From Calditrichota bacterium (GTDB lineage Bacteria; Calditrichota; Calditrichia; Calditrichales; J004), in contig CAVRRG010000079.1 in NCBI GenBank assembly GCA_963723365.1, positions 1,382 to 65,381 on the forward strand: a stretch of DNA of 64,000 nt. Direction: 5' to 3'. The notes under the pieces were generated by a model that was not told the origin of the DNA, ran no database searches, and worked only from the letters and a program-made list of their open reading frames with translations. A program made the position numbers and the translations under genes. This document shows, one piece after another, positions 1 to 10,457 of the stretch (the first letter of the stretch is position 1; the number at the start of each line of letters is the position of its first letter).

Positions 1-249
1 ACCACAGTAAAAGGATTTGCAGAATGGATAGTTTATTAATAATTCTCCTTGTTCTATTAGATCATATTCTTTCCAGGACAGACATTTTTTTTCAATAATC
101 CAATGTGAGTTTTGAAGTTCACTTTCAGTTTGCCATTCCAGGGTGATGTTCCCATCTTGAAAAAAGGCATCAAAATTAGACAATTTTACCGGTAAAGCAG
201 CATCTTCTGTAGCATCACTCAGCACCAGGGTATCTCTGAACCCCGGCAC
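1..249 (-). CDS. 3' continuation, in a different frame, of the repetitive surface protein. It has an Fn3-like module and runs off the window
   Basis: My own translation of the minus strand from nt 249 to nt 1 is open: VPGFRDTLVLSDATEDAALPVKLSNFDAFFQDGNITLEWQTESELQNSHWIIEKK.... This is the 'LPV.LS.F.A....V.L.W.T..E' module often found before T9SS C-terminal domains. It is entered by a frameshift near the C4 run at 241-244. Confidence 0.5.
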   Translation of the reverse strand, partial: MPGFRDTLVLSDATEDAALPVKLSNFDAFFQDGNITLEWQTESELQNSHWIIEKKCLSWKEYDLIEQGELLINYPFCKSFYCG

Positions 250-1975
250 TTAAATTATAACCGCTGATCAATTCCACATAATTTTTTGATGTATTGGCAA
301 CGCCACCCAGGTTTACCCAGTTACTATTTCTTCTCATCCAAATCACCAATTCTGATTCCACCTCAGCTTGCAGTTCATCATCCCCATAATATAATCGCAG
401 ATCAGCCATTGCACTGTTTGTGGGTTGAATAGTATAATAGCGTGCGACACTGCCATTTGCTTGTGGAAGAATATTGTCAACCAATTCGACATTTACCTCT
501 CCAGGATCCTCTACTGTGCTTAATACAACGTCATTTCCAAAAATGCTGGACGCAGTAACAGTTTCCACCTGGGTAAAGCGCCATCTTACATTGCCATTGT
601 TACCGCTGCCATTGTCGTTCTCAAAATTAACACCTGACATATTTCCTGTATAATTTGAAAATAACATCTTCGTACCACTATATAATAAGTTATTTGTGCA
701 TCGGGAGGTCGAAGCAGAATCAAACTTTACACCATTCATGGTTAAACTTTGCTCGTTAGCAATGGTAAGGTAAGCAGCACCGGTACCGTTTTGAAACAAT
801 GTACTGTCAAAATTTGATCCCGGTCCTATAGTAGCCCCACTCTCTATATGTATTCCACTGCCCTCTGTAAACTCAAAAACAGCATTCTTGGCCTCAATGC
901 TGCCTTCGTTTAACACATTTATACTGTAATGACCACTACTCAAATTTGTTATAATGGGGCGAGTGCTCATTGAGGTACCCAAAACTTTTAAATAGCCATC
1001 CGTATTTACCAGAACTTTTGAACCATTTACCATTTGCACTTTAGAGGAGTCATCCAGATAGAGTTCTCCACTAAGCGATATGGTATCGTCTGCAGCGTCT
1101 CCAAATTGAAGATTCTGACCATTCATTTCCAAAACACCAGACAGTATTTGAAGATCCCCATCAATATCCAAAGTATCTGCTAATGATAAGGTATCTGTAT
1201 TATTAACAGAAATGTTGTGAAATGCTTTGCCAATTCCAATCCCACCTGCATTTACATTTTGCTTGCTGCTGCCATCAAAATTAACTATTCCATTCCCATG
1301 ATTAAAAGTGCCACTATTAAACCAGTCTCCAGCAATATTCAAATCACTGCTGTTAGATGCTAAAGTCAAAGTCGCGTCATTATTGGTACAATTTCCATTT
1401 ATATCCAATGTCATGTCGTTTTCAATCTGTAATATTGCGCCACTGTTTATTGTTATATTATTAGTCATAGAATTATCCAGACTGATAATTGGATTGTTAG
1501 CGGTTGAATTGATTATAACGTCCTCGGCTTCCGACGGAACACCAAAAGGGCTCCAATTTGTAGATGTATGCCAGTTTGTGCTGGTGTTACCAGTCCAGAT
1601 ATATAGAGAACTGGTTGTTTCCCAGGTTATCAGGTCAGCGCCAGGTTCGACAGGATCATTATCATAGTCCTCCCCTGCGAAGGCACCGGCTGCATTTTCA
1701 AAACTCAGGCTATCACTGGAAGAGGATTTCGTAACATTACTTGCTCCGCCGCCAGGGTTTGATATAAATAGAGCAGAACTAATCAGCAACTTTTGTAAGG
1801 CGCCACTAATATCTCCAATCTGCAGCATGGTGCCGCCAGACTGACCATTGTCAAAACTCACATCACTGAAGTTATTGCTGGCATCTATGCTGGCCCCATC
1901 CTGCACGTTGATACCACTGCTTCCCATATACTCAAATAACGCATAACGGGCATGAATAGTAGCCCCTGAAGCCAC
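215..1975 (-). CDS. Repetitive beta-helix/adhesin-like surface protein, distal fragment. Same gene as 2011-5385, separated by a frameshift
   Basis: The ORF repeats modules seen in the upstream ORF (GGGASNVTKS..S..F....G.F.GE.(F/Y)DNDP...W....W.G....W....NW.P.GVP). No independent start context: the 'M' is a GTG inside a continuous alternative frame. Confidence 0.7.
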   Translation of the reverse strand: MASGATIHARYALFEYMGSSGINVQDGASIDASNNFSDVSFDNGQSGGTMLQIGDISGALQKLLISSALFISNPGGGASNVTKSSSSDSLSFENAAGAFAGEDYDNDPVEPGADLITWETTSSLYIWTGNTSTNWHTSTNWSPFGVPSEAEDVIINSTANNPIISLDNSMTNNITINSGAILQIENDMTLDINGNCTNNDATLTLASNSSDLNIAGDWFNSGTFNHGNGIVNFDGSSKQNVNAGGIGIGKAFHNISVNNTDTLSLADTLDIDGDLQILSGVLEMNGQNLQFGDAADDTISLSGELYLDDSSKVQMVNGSKVLVNTDGYLKVLGTSMSTRPIITNLSSGHYSINVLNEGSIEAKNAVFEFTEGSGIHIESGATIGPGSNFDSTLFQNGTGAAYLTIANEQSLTMNGVKFDSASTSRCTNNLLYSGTKMLFSNYTGNMSGVNFENDNGSGNNGNVRWRFTQVETVTASSIFGNDVVLSTVEDPGEVNVELVDNILPQANGSVARYYTIQPTNSAMADLRLYYGDDELQAEVESELVIWMRRNSNWVNLGGVANTSKNYVELISGYNLSAGVQRYPGAE

Positions 1976-2010
1976 CGTGAAATTATAAAAACCTGATGAT
2001 GACTGCTCAC

Positions 2011-5000
2011 TTACCTGCGCATGATTGCTGCTTCTCCCACCACTCGTATTGTCCCACCAGAATTCACTGTCAGCGAACTGCCATTGAACATTGATAAGAT
2101 CGCGCCAGCATCCACCTCAAACATCCCACTCACGGATATCGCATCAGCAGAAGCATTTCCAAAGGTTAATTGATTAGCATTTAAATCAAAGCTACCTGCT
2201 GTAAGTGTTAGATTACCATCAATGTCTGTTGCTCCGCTCAATTGATAAGTCACACCTGATGCATCTATCACCAAATTATTTAATGAGGAAGCGCCACCAT
2301 TTACATTATACGGTCCCCCTGCAGATCCATCAAAGGTTAGCGTGGCGCTATTGCTGAGAATGCCTGCGTTAACAAAACCACCCGCTATATTCACATCTCG
2401 ATTATTCATGTTTACTGTGCCACTGCTAATCGTCATCCCACCATCCACATCCAGATTCTCCATCAAGCGAAAAGTACCGGCACTCTTATTAACCACAATA
2501 TTGTTGAAAGCTTTACCTAATCCCACGCCCCCGGCAGTTAAATCCTGGTTTACACTGCCATCAAAAGTGACTGTCCCGCTGCCGGAACTAAAAGTGGCAT
2601 TCGCATTAGTGATCCAGTGGCGGCCAACCGCTATATTATAAGTCCCAACCTGCAGGGTACCGGCAGTCAAATTAATATCATTATCCACATCCAGACCTGA
2701 TCCCAGCTGATAAATCAGCCCGCTGCCATTCATCGTCAAATCATAAAATGACCCGCTGCCACTGCTGCTGATGCTGTAAGGACCACCGGAAGAAGCATCA
2801 AAGGTTACCAGACTATTTATTTTTAGCCAGCTGCCCGAATTACTCCAATTGCCAGCCACAGTAATGTCCCGCGCTCCTGAATCAAAGGTTCCGTTCTCAA
2901 TATTCAGATTACTGGTCACTTCCAGATCCGCTGTCAATGTCGCTGTTCCCGAAGACTTGTTAACAGTAAAATCATAAAAGGCGCGGTTTGCTCCCACGCC
3001 TCCTGTGGCAATAGTCTGAGCTCCTGTGCCATCAAATACGACTTCGCCACTACCTGCGGTAAAGGTCCCGCTGTTGGTCCAGTCACCACCCACAGTCACC
3101 GCTGGTCCGGCGATAAAATCCCCGGCGTTGCTTAAAGAACCCTCTAAATCAATGTCATAGCCATTGCCATCCAATATCCCACGAGTGATGGTGATATCCC
3201 CATCCGCATCCAGATTTGAGCCCAATTCATGGACGTACGCATCGTTGTTGGTATCTAATATAATGTTGCTAAAGGCCGAGCCGGCGCTTGTAATGGTAAA
3301 AGGACCGGCACTGGGAGCAGTGAAGGTTACCGTGTTATCACCATGAATAAAACTGCCTGTGTTAATCCAGTCCTCGGCAACGCTCATCGCATATCCATTA
3401 GCGTTAAATGTGCCGGAGGTGAGTAGGAAATCGCCTTCCAAAAGAATCCCATCCAGAAGCCTAACAGTTCCACTTGTTTTATTTATTGTCAGATCATAAA
3501 AAGCATCCCTTGCAGCATCCACCCCGCCACTATTGATCCTTTGATCATTACTGCCGTTGAAAATGATAGTTGAATTATTCTTATTTAGAGTCGAATTGTT
3601 TCTCTTATAGTAGTTTTCTTTTAGCTCGAGGCTTGCAGTACCACTTAAAGTGAGCGTCCCGTCGCTGGCTGTCACAGAATCACCGATGGAAAGATTACCA
3701 TTAATGGTAAGAATCAGACCAGAATTAACTTCTAATGAACCGCCTTCTCGTATAAGCATATTATTACATGATGAACTCAATGAAATCGTCGGATCATTGG
3801 CTACATTTGGTATGACTACATTATCGCTATCTGCCGGAACTCCGCTCGGTCTCCAATTACCCCCTTCATCCCAATCATTATTGATCGTCCCGGTCCAGAT
3901 CCGGGTGACAAGGGTGTTACTCCAAACAATGAGATCATTAGGATCATTGTCAAAGTTCTCTCCGCCAAATGTGCCGGATGCCCGCACGAATTCCAGTGTA
4001 TCTGAACTTAGTGATTTTGTGACATTTGATGCTCCTCCACCAGGATCGGTTGGAAAATTGACATTTTCAATTACAATTCTCTGATTACTTCCCGAAATAT
4101 CCCCAATATTTATTCCTGTCCCACCAGAGGCAATATTATCTATCGTACCATTGCTGAGGTTATTCATAGAATCAATGATAGCCCCATCGTTGATTAAAAG
4201 GCCATCTGAATCGATATATTCAAACTTGTAATAATTAGCCTGGATTGTACCAGCGGATTTGACTTCAAAATTATAGGTTCCAGTGATGTTGGAAATGATG
4301 GTAAGGTCTTCTGATTGACCTACAGCACGAACTGTGCCGCCTGAATCAACAATAAAAGCAGACCCATTCGCCATTCTCAATGTTGAAGGCGCAGCAGCAT
4401 CCAAATCGATTGTACCAGAAACCACAATTGAATCAGCAGCATCGGTACCAAAAGTGACGTAGTTCCCATTAAATTTGAAATAACCTGAATTTATCTTTAA
4501 GTCGCCTTCAACCTGGATATTATTTGCCAGATTTATGGTACTAGCCAATGGTTTATTAACCACTAGGTTTTCGAAAACTTCTCCATCAAGTGTTATTGCC
4601 GTAGTAATATTTTGTGTTCCTGCGCCGTCAAAAATAATTTTAGATCCATTACCATCCCTAAAACTATTGTTTGCATTATTATAGTTAGTAAAATCGCCAG
4701 CTAGTTCAATAGTGATACCATCTTCGTTATTATGCTCAATATTTAGAGCATTATTGTTATCCAGCGCAATGGTAATATCTCCATCAACATCTAAATCCGT
4801 GCCTAATAATGCTCTTACTTCAAAGAAACCGCTGGTTAAGGTCAGATCATTTGCGACAGAAATCTTGACAGCAGAAGCATCTTGGTTCCTTAATCTTCTG
4901 CCAGCATTTTTATTCAATGAAAGGTTATAGAAACTTTCTGTTGTTCTTATGTTCCCATCACCATTCCCGTCAAATGTTACCGTTGAAGAATTTGCATTAA

Positions 5001-5385
5001 ATTCACCGCTGCGCAGCCAATCACCTCCCAGATCCATACTGGCAGTTCCTTCAAGGATCAGCACACCGGAAATCGTCACATCACCGTCCACATCCAGATT
5101 AAAACCTGATTTTATAGTTAGCGTATCTCCAAGATTTATGATAATGCTTCTTACCACACCATTTGCTCCAAGTAAGACAACTTTTGCCGCTTGGCCAATG
5201 GTCACATCATCATCGATGCCCGGAACATTGTTATCACTCCAATTCTCAGCAGTGGTCCAAAGACTGTCATTACCCCCGCCATCCCAATTAATATCCGCGC
5301 AAAAAACGTTTGAAAAATTTAGGAAGAGAGCAAGTAGTGTTATAAAGGAGAAATATTTATAAACGATGGTGTTCTGAATTGACAT
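2011..5385 (-). CDS. Repetitive beta-helix/adhesin-like surface protein, N-terminal fragment with signal peptide
   Basis: N-terminal hydrophobic signal (FSFITLLALFLNFSNVFCA). Long degenerate beta-strand repeats (..D.DGD.TI..G.L...G..) and duplicated ~500-aa super-modules. Confidence 0.75.
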   Translation of the reverse strand: MSIQNTIVYKYFSFITLLALFLNFSNVFCADINWDGGGNDSLWTTAENWSDNNVPGIDDDVTIGQAAKVVLLGANGVVRSIIINLGDTLTIKSGFNLDVDGDVTISGVLILEGTASMDLGGDWLRSGEFNANSSTVTFDGNGDGNIRTTESFYNLSLNKNAGRRLRNQDASAVKISVANDLTLTSGFFEVRALLGTDLDVDGDITIALDNNNALNIEHNNEDGITIELAGDFTNYNNANNSFRDGNGSKIIFDGAGTQNITTAITLDGEVFENLVVNKPLASTINLANNIQVEGDLKINSGYFKFNGNYVTFGTDAADSIVVSGTIDLDAAAPSTLRMANGSAFIVDSGGTVRAVGQSEDLTIISNITGTYNFEVKSAGTIQANYYKFEYIDSDGLLINDGAIIDSMNNLSNGTIDNIASGGTGINIGDISGSNQRIVIENVNFPTDPGGGASNVTKSLSSDTLEFVRASGTFGGENFDNDPNDLIVWSNTLVTRIWTGTINNDWDEGGNWRPSGVPADSDNVVIPNVANDPTISLSSSCNNMLIREGGSLEVNSGLILTINGNLSIGDSVTASDGTLTLSGTASLELKENYYKRNNSTLNKNNSTIIFNGSNDQRINSGGVDAARDAFYDLTINKTSGTVRLLDGILLEGDFLLTSGTFNANGYAMSVAEDWINTGSFIHGDNTVTFTAPSAGPFTITSAGSAFSNIILDTNNDAYVHELGSNLDADGDITITRGILDGNGYDIDLEGSLSNAGDFIAGPAVTVGGDWTNSGTFTAGSGEVVFDGTGAQTIATGGVGANRAFYDFTVNKSSGTATLTADLEVTSNLNIENGTFDSGARDITVAGNWSNSGSWLKINSLVTFDASSGGPYSISSSGSGSFYDLTMNGSGLIYQLGSGLDVDNDINLTAGTLQVGTYNIAVGRHWITNANATFSSGSGTVTFDGSVNQDLTAGGVGLGKAFNNIVVNKSAGTFRLMENLDVDGGMTISSGTVNMNNRDVNIAGGFVNAGILSNSATLTFDGSAGGPYNVNGGASSLNNLVIDASGVTYQLSGATDIDGNLTLTAGSFDLNANQLTFGNASADAISVSGMFEVDAGAILSMFNGSSLTVNSGGTIRVVGEAAIMRR

Positions 5386-5688
5386 AAATTTTTAAAGATT
5401 ACAGATTTTCTGAATTATAAGTTAAATTTTTCACAATATATCTCGACACAATATATACTCGGTACATTTAATTTAACCTAAATGATTGTTAACTCCTGTA
5501 TAAAGAATTGATCAAGAATGTAATTGGTACCTTTTCGGATTGCTAATTATTTTCCAATTTTTTTTATCAAATTCAGCTAGGTATAGAAGTGTGCTAACGC
5601 CGGAAACGAAACTTTTCGGCTGCGCCTCATCAAAATTTGATGGGCTGATTTTAATGTGTCTATATCTTGGCATTACCAATGATGAAAT

Positions 5689-6477
5689 TCATTTTGTCTG
5701 ATACATATCCCCGGCAGATATTGCTTTCCTGGTTACCGCATTTAAAATTTGGGCCGTTGCAACTTTCTCCAGTGATTCTACTATCAGGGCTTCCCCAATA
5801 ATATTGATATCGCGATCCATCTTTTTACCGCTAACCGGGTCAATCCTTTCAACACCTTCACGAAAAAAGGTGCATCTCATTCCTCTTCGAAGTCCTGAAT
5901 TTTTTCCGCCATCCAGTAAAACAGTATAGTCATCATTAATCTGAATAACCGAACCTTCTACCACAGGTATACTTTGTGCTATTTTAGCAGCAAGTCTTGC
6001 TGCAGCTTTTTCCAGGCTTAAAGCATCATTCTTTTTTGCTACAACACCATGCGAAATAATTATTAAACGCGATTGCGCATCTAAAATAAAGGCGTCAATG
6101 TTTATAGAGTCCGTCCCGGAAGAAGAAATTGTAGCCAAACATATACCTTCGATAAAATATTCTCTGCCTATTTCAGCAGCAATGGGAATATCAATTTTCC
6201 ATAAAAGTTCCAAATGCCTTTGTTGGACAATTTTATTTAATTGGTTTCTATTAATAACATTAAACCTGTCTTGTTTTATAAATGCTGTTATTAATTCATC
6301 TACAATTTCTTCAACCAGCTCCTGGCTGACATCTTTGTTTTCAAAAGGGAAAACCGCAATGTTCATTCTGTCATCAAAACGGGCAACCGCTTTTTGCAGT
6401 GTGCTGTCCTGGGCATAAGAAGCAGTTGTGATTACAACGCTAAAAATTATAAAGATAATCAGTGTCGTTTTATACAT
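5689..6477 (-). CDS. Secreted protein of unknown function with a CsgG/LpoB-like N-terminal half
   Basis: Signal peptide (IIFIIFSVVITTASYAQ). The motif IAVFPFENKD...DELITAFIKQDRFNVINRNQLNKIV resembles the CsgG/LpoB/FlgO-type scaffold signature. Confidence 0.5.
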   Translation of the reverse strand: MYKTTLIIFIIFSVVITTASYAQDSTLQKAVARFDDRMNIAVFPFENKDVSQELVEEIVDELITAFIKQDRFNVINRNQLNKIVQQRHLELLWKIDIPIAAEIGREYFIEGICLATISSSGTDSINIDAFILDAQSRLIIISHGVVAKKNDALSLEKAAARLAAKIAQSIPVVEGSVIQINDDYTVLLDGGKNSGLRRGMRCTFFREGVERIDPVSGKKMDRDINIIGEALIVESLEKVATAQILNAVTRKAISAGDMYQTK

Positions 6478-6828
6478 AATTCACCTTTAAAATGTTTTAA
6501 TGCCATAGTTACCTGTGACGAATTTCGAAAATATTTGATTGATATTCAAGTTCACAGGAGCTCGAGCATCTGAAATCGACATGTTATTGGTATTGTCCGT
6601 TCCATTCAAGTACCATCCATGAATTTTACTCAAAGTTTATACCATATGACCAGATGTTTATTCTTGTTTAGACTGGATTACAGGATTTACTCGATTTGAA
6701 TTGTCAATTAAAAAGTTGAAATATTCATACTGTTAAACCTAATCTAAAAATGATTTTTACTGTTTATTAAATTTATGTTTTATCCTGTTAATCCTGTCAA
6801 ATGCTTTATATCGACTGGTCATATGACA

Positions 6829-8631
6829 TTATTTAAGCAACACCATTTTCTTCATCTGACGGTACTCCCCTGTATCAATTATGTAATAGTAGATACCGCT
6901 GGCAAAACCCGCAGCATCCCACTTTACATTATGTTTACCAACTGCCTGCTGCTTGTCTACCAGAGTTGCCACTTTTTGTCCAAGAAGATTGTAAATTGTT
7001 AATTCAACATAACTGCTTTTTGATAATTGATAATTGATAATTGTAATGGGATTGAAAGGATTGGGATAATTTTGCTGAAGACTAAATTTCTCAGGTATGG
7101 TTAAATCTTTTAATGCTGTAATATTTAGGACCTCTACAAAAAATGTATCTGAAAATACAGCGTTACTATCATCAACAGCCGTAACAATAAGCGTATCTAA
7201 ACCCACTATACCGTTAGCGCTCAAATATAAAGAGTCGTCATTTAAAACCGCTGATACAATTCCAACCGTACTAATGTAAAAGCTGTCCAGAGGAACATCA
7301 TTGGCATCAAGATCAGCAAAGACATTATTAAGTTTTCTAAAAAAAACATTCTGACTGTCTATATTAAGAACAGTGTCGGGGATGGCCTCCGCCACATAGG
7401 GCGGCGTGTTCTGATTAATGACTTCAACTATAATTGTATCCCGTGCTATTAGGCCACTATCATCCGCCACGCTTACAAACATCGTGTCAAAACCAACAAA
7501 ATTATAGGAACTAAGGTATAATGAGTCCGAGGCAATTTGTGCGCTAACATCGCCATTGGAGTTGATAGAAATATCATCCAAAAAAGCATCATTCTCATCC
7601 ACATCGCTGAAATAGTCGTTTATGGCAGCTAAGAAATTAGCGGAGCTGTTTTCTTTTATAAACATATCGGGAATCGAAGTCATTCGCAGTGGAGCATCAT
7701 TTACAGAACGGATGTTTATAAACACTCGCGCAGAGTCAATACTATTATTTCCATCAGAAATATGGTAAGAAAAGCTGTCACTGCCAAAGAAATTCAAACT
7801 GGGTGTATAAAATATTACACTATCGCCCGGAGAAAAATCTAAAACACCATGCGCGCTTTCCCCTACCGATGTTATGATAATATCATGCCCATCCGCATCA
7901 CTATCATTGCCGGTTACATCCAAAGCAAGCGATGAATCCTCCCAGGCAATAATGTAATCATCCACAGCTAGCGGTGCTTCGTTAAGCCTAAATTCCCGAT
8001 AATTTACCCCCGGTTGGGAATAATTGTAAAATCCAAAACGGCCAGCGCGAAATTCACCTGTAACATCAAATATTTGTGTAGTGTCAATCGCAATTCGTAC
8101 ACGGCTGGCTTCATAAATTAATTCAAAGTTATAAACAACATTCCTGACCCAGCCATAATCGCCATAATAGGTTCCAAGAACCGTTTGGGTCGTATCCATA
8201 TGATCCCAATAGGGATGCGCTGTATTTGTTCCTGAGCCAACATTTACATATCCTTCAACTTTTGATAATGTAAATCCTTCCTGTGCTCCAGATTGGGTAG
8301 CCCCTTTCCAGTCAAAAAGGTAAAAATCAAAATACTCTTCAGCGGAATCCGGGCGCAAGTAGCCAAATACAAAACCAATATAATCATCGTCACTCCCGGT
8401 TACATAAAAGCTGCCCCTGATTGTAACATTTTGGAATGAATCAGGACTGACGAAAAAGGTGGGTTCATCGTTTACACTTTGAAGCACAGAAAGGCTGTCT
8501 GCAGAAACGGTCCAATTGCCATTTTGCAGCAGACCTTCATGTCTCCATTCCCCTAATTTGACCGGTGTTAATTGCGCATGCAGTGTTGAAGTTAAACTAA
8601 TCAACAGGAAACAGTTTATTAAATACCTCAT
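6829..8631 (-). CDS. T9SS-sorted secreted protein: LamG/DUF1080-like N-terminal domain, cadherin-like/VCBS repeats, T9SS C-terminal domain
   Basis: Signal peptide. Cadherin-like repeat (PLAVDDYIIAWEDSSLALDVTGNDSDADGHD...VNDAPL). C-terminal NYPNPFNPITIINYQ...GIYYYII...MVLLK. Confidence 0.8.
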   Translation of the reverse strand: MRYLINCFLLISLTSTLHAQLTPVKLGEWRHEGLLQNGNWTVSADSLSVLQSVNDEPTFFVSPDSFQNVTIRGSFYVTGSDDDYIGFVFGYLRPDSAEEYFDFYLFDWKGATQSGAQEGFTLSKVEGYVNVGSGTNTAHPYWDHMDTTQTVLGTYYGDYGWVRNVVYNFELIYEASRVRIAIDTTQIFDVTGEFRAGRFGFYNYSQPGVNYREFRLNEAPLAVDDYIIAWEDSSLALDVTGNDSDADGHDIIITSVGESAHGVLDFSPGDSVIFYTPSLNFFGSDSFSYHISDGNNSIDSARVFINIRSVNDAPLRMTSIPDMFIKENSSANFLAAINDYFSDVDENDAFLDDISINSNGDVSAQIASDSLYLSSYNFVGFDTMFVSVADDSGLIARDTIIVEVINQNTPPYVAEAIPDTVLNIDSQNVFFRKLNNVFADLDANDVPLDSFYISTVGIVSAVLNDDSLYLSANGIVGLDTLIVTAVDDSNAVFSDTFFVEVLNITALKDLTIPEKFSLQQNYPNPFNPITIINYQLSKSSYVELTIYNLLGQKVATLVDKQQAVGKHNVKWDAAGFASGIYYYIIDTGEYRQMKKMVLLK

Positions 8632-8870
8632 GGTACCTCCTGAAAGTTCATAGATTTATATTAAAGTGCTTGGCTGAGTGATGATCCTGGCTGCGGTCAA
8701 TCCCTCCAGCAAAATGAATTTCCTCACACTTAGAAGATCTAAATATAAAGTGAAAGGTTTTTTGTTTTGTGATTTATTCCTGAAAAAACAAAAAAATTTC
8801 TATCACTTTATCGTTTATGGATATTGAATATGCTAATGTTCAGAAATAATAAGGGTAAATTTTTGCAGTA

Positions 8871-9959
8871 TTAATTTTGCTGATCTGTTTTAAAAAAATT
8901 AGTAAGAATGGAAGAAACTGTATTGGCAAGAAATAGCAGGATGGCAATAACATTAAATAATGATGCCCAGCTTCGGCCATCCAGCCAACCCATTAAATCA
9001 ACGATTATTCTGAAAAGCAAGGAGATATGAAGCAAAAGGTAATGTACATAAAATCGCGGGTGATAATTTATAGGAGATCCAATAATGGCCGGAAAAATGA
9101 TCGGGGCATGTCCAAAAATCATTGAAAATACAAAACCGACAAAAATGCTATGCAAAACAGCATCGTATATTAAACCGCCGCTAACAGGAACTTCAATAAA
9201 TATCAATACACCGCCTATAAATAGCCACAGATAGCCAGCAAGTAAACAGGCGGCAATAAAACGCGTTAATCCTTTTTGACGGATTGTGCGGCGCGGAACA
9301 TCATAAATAACTAACCAAATGGCAAAGATAATAAAAGCGGCACCCAGTAAATACCAGGCATAGTGCAATGCAATAAAAGTCATGACCAGGGCACTCAAAA
9401 CAAAAAATAATGCAATATAATAACCAATAACGGAGGTAAAACTTTTCTGTCCCAGTCCGGACAATTGAATGCGCTCTGCCGTAATGGTCAGCAGCAGAAA
9501 GACAATCCACCAGATTGTTAATTTATTATAAGACCAGCCGGCTATCCAGAATACATTACTTAATGCCCAGACTAATGCAGCCACATTCATTAATAAAATA
9601 TCTAAACTATTTTTAATTCTTTGAAATTGAATAAAGATAAGTATAAGAATGAGACTACCCGCTAATATCAGCCAGGGAGCTAGGAAATTTAAAGATGTAA
9701 TCCACATGGTTACTATACCAATAGCTGTGCTTAGTGGTGCCAGGTAGGACCATTTTTTGCCGAGAGCAACTGCTCTTTCAAGACTGATCACCGTACCCAG
9801 AAAGCCGGCTACCATAATGGGACCATGCAACAGGCTTAGATTTATAGTCACAACAGGGATTTGCCATCCGGCACGCATTAATCCGCCTGTCAGTGCACTT
9901 AACAGTCCCAGAATCCCGATTATTAAAAAGGGTAAATTATGTTTGTTTACCTTTGTCAT
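8871..9959 (-). CDS. Polytopic inner-membrane protein of about 10-12 TM with conserved His motifs; function unknown
   Basis: Continuous hydrophobic segments. Motifs LHGPIMVAGFLGTVISLERAVAL and HSIFVGFVFSMIFGHAPIIFP. Its start abuts the stop of the DUF59 gene. Confidence 0.65.
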   Translation of the reverse strand: MTKVNKHNLPFLIIGILGLLSALTGGLMRAGWQIPVVTINLSLLHGPIMVAGFLGTVISLERAVALGKKWSYLAPLSTAIGIVTMWITSLNFLAPWLILAGSLILILIFIQFQRIKNSLDILLMNVAALVWALSNVFWIAGWSYNKLTIWWIVFLLLTITAERIQLSGLGQKSFTSVIGYYIALFFVLSALVMTFIALHYAWYLLGAAFIIFAIWLVIYDVPRRTIRQKGLTRFIAACLLAGYLWLFIGGVLIFIEVPVSGGLIYDAVLHSIFVGFVFSMIFGHAPIIFPAIIGSPINYHPRFYVHYLLLHISLLFRIIVDLMGWLDGRSWASLFNVIAILLFLANTVSSILTNFFKTDQQN

Positions 9960-10262
9960 TTATCGTCCAAAGATTTTTTTGGCTTCATCACTCATCATAT
10001 TGGCATCCCATGGCGGATCCCAGACAAGATTAACCTCTACTTTCATCCCCGGGTAAAGTTGTTCCACTTTCTGTGCGCTTTGGGCTGTCAGATAGGTGTG
10101 CATGGGGCAGGAAGGTGTTGTCATTGTCATTAAAATCTGGATATAGGAATCGTCTATATTGAGACTGTAAATCAGACCCAGGTTAACAATATCCACTCCT
10201 AATTCAGGATCAATCACTTCTTTTAATTTTTCTAATATTTTTTCTTTTTCAGCTTTATACAT
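9960..10262 (-). CDS. DUF59/MIP18-family Fe-S cluster assembly protein (SufT/PaaD-like)
   Basis: VIDPELGVDIVNLGLIY......TMTTPSCPM.......V......V.V.LVWDPPW is the DUF59 signature. Confidence 0.85.
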   Translation of the reverse strand: MYKAEKEKILEKLKEVIDPELGVDIVNLGLIYSLNIDDSYIQILMTMTTPSCPMHTYLTAQSAQKVEQLYPGMKVEVNLVWDPPWDANMMSDEAKKIFGR

Positions 10263-10457
10263 AAGAATATCACTATATTTTTTTATCGGTTCTTCCAGGC
10301 AGCAGTCTATCAGTCAGCTGCTTTAGGTTATAATATGAAAATATAAATATATTTTAAGGTTAAAACAGTAAAATATAACGGGCAGTGCTTAGCTGCCACG
10401 AGTACTCGGGGTCCGCTGCAGCACATTGTTAAACGCTATTTTTATTTATATCGTGAA

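Noticed and set aside
1308-5362. Multiple 60-144-aa plus-strand ORFs inside the giant surface-protein gene
   Set aside because: They are antisense to a long, compositionally biased, repeat-rich gene. Their products are low-complexity Ser/Pro/Leu-rich sequences with no independent signals.
6643-6825. 11-bp inverted repeat CATATGACCAG...CTGGTCATATG, ~160 bp apart, in the spacer between two minus-strand genes; possible MITE
   Set aside because: The arms are short, the repeat contains the self-complementary CATATG, and I found no target-site duplication or second copy in the window. This is insufficient evidence.
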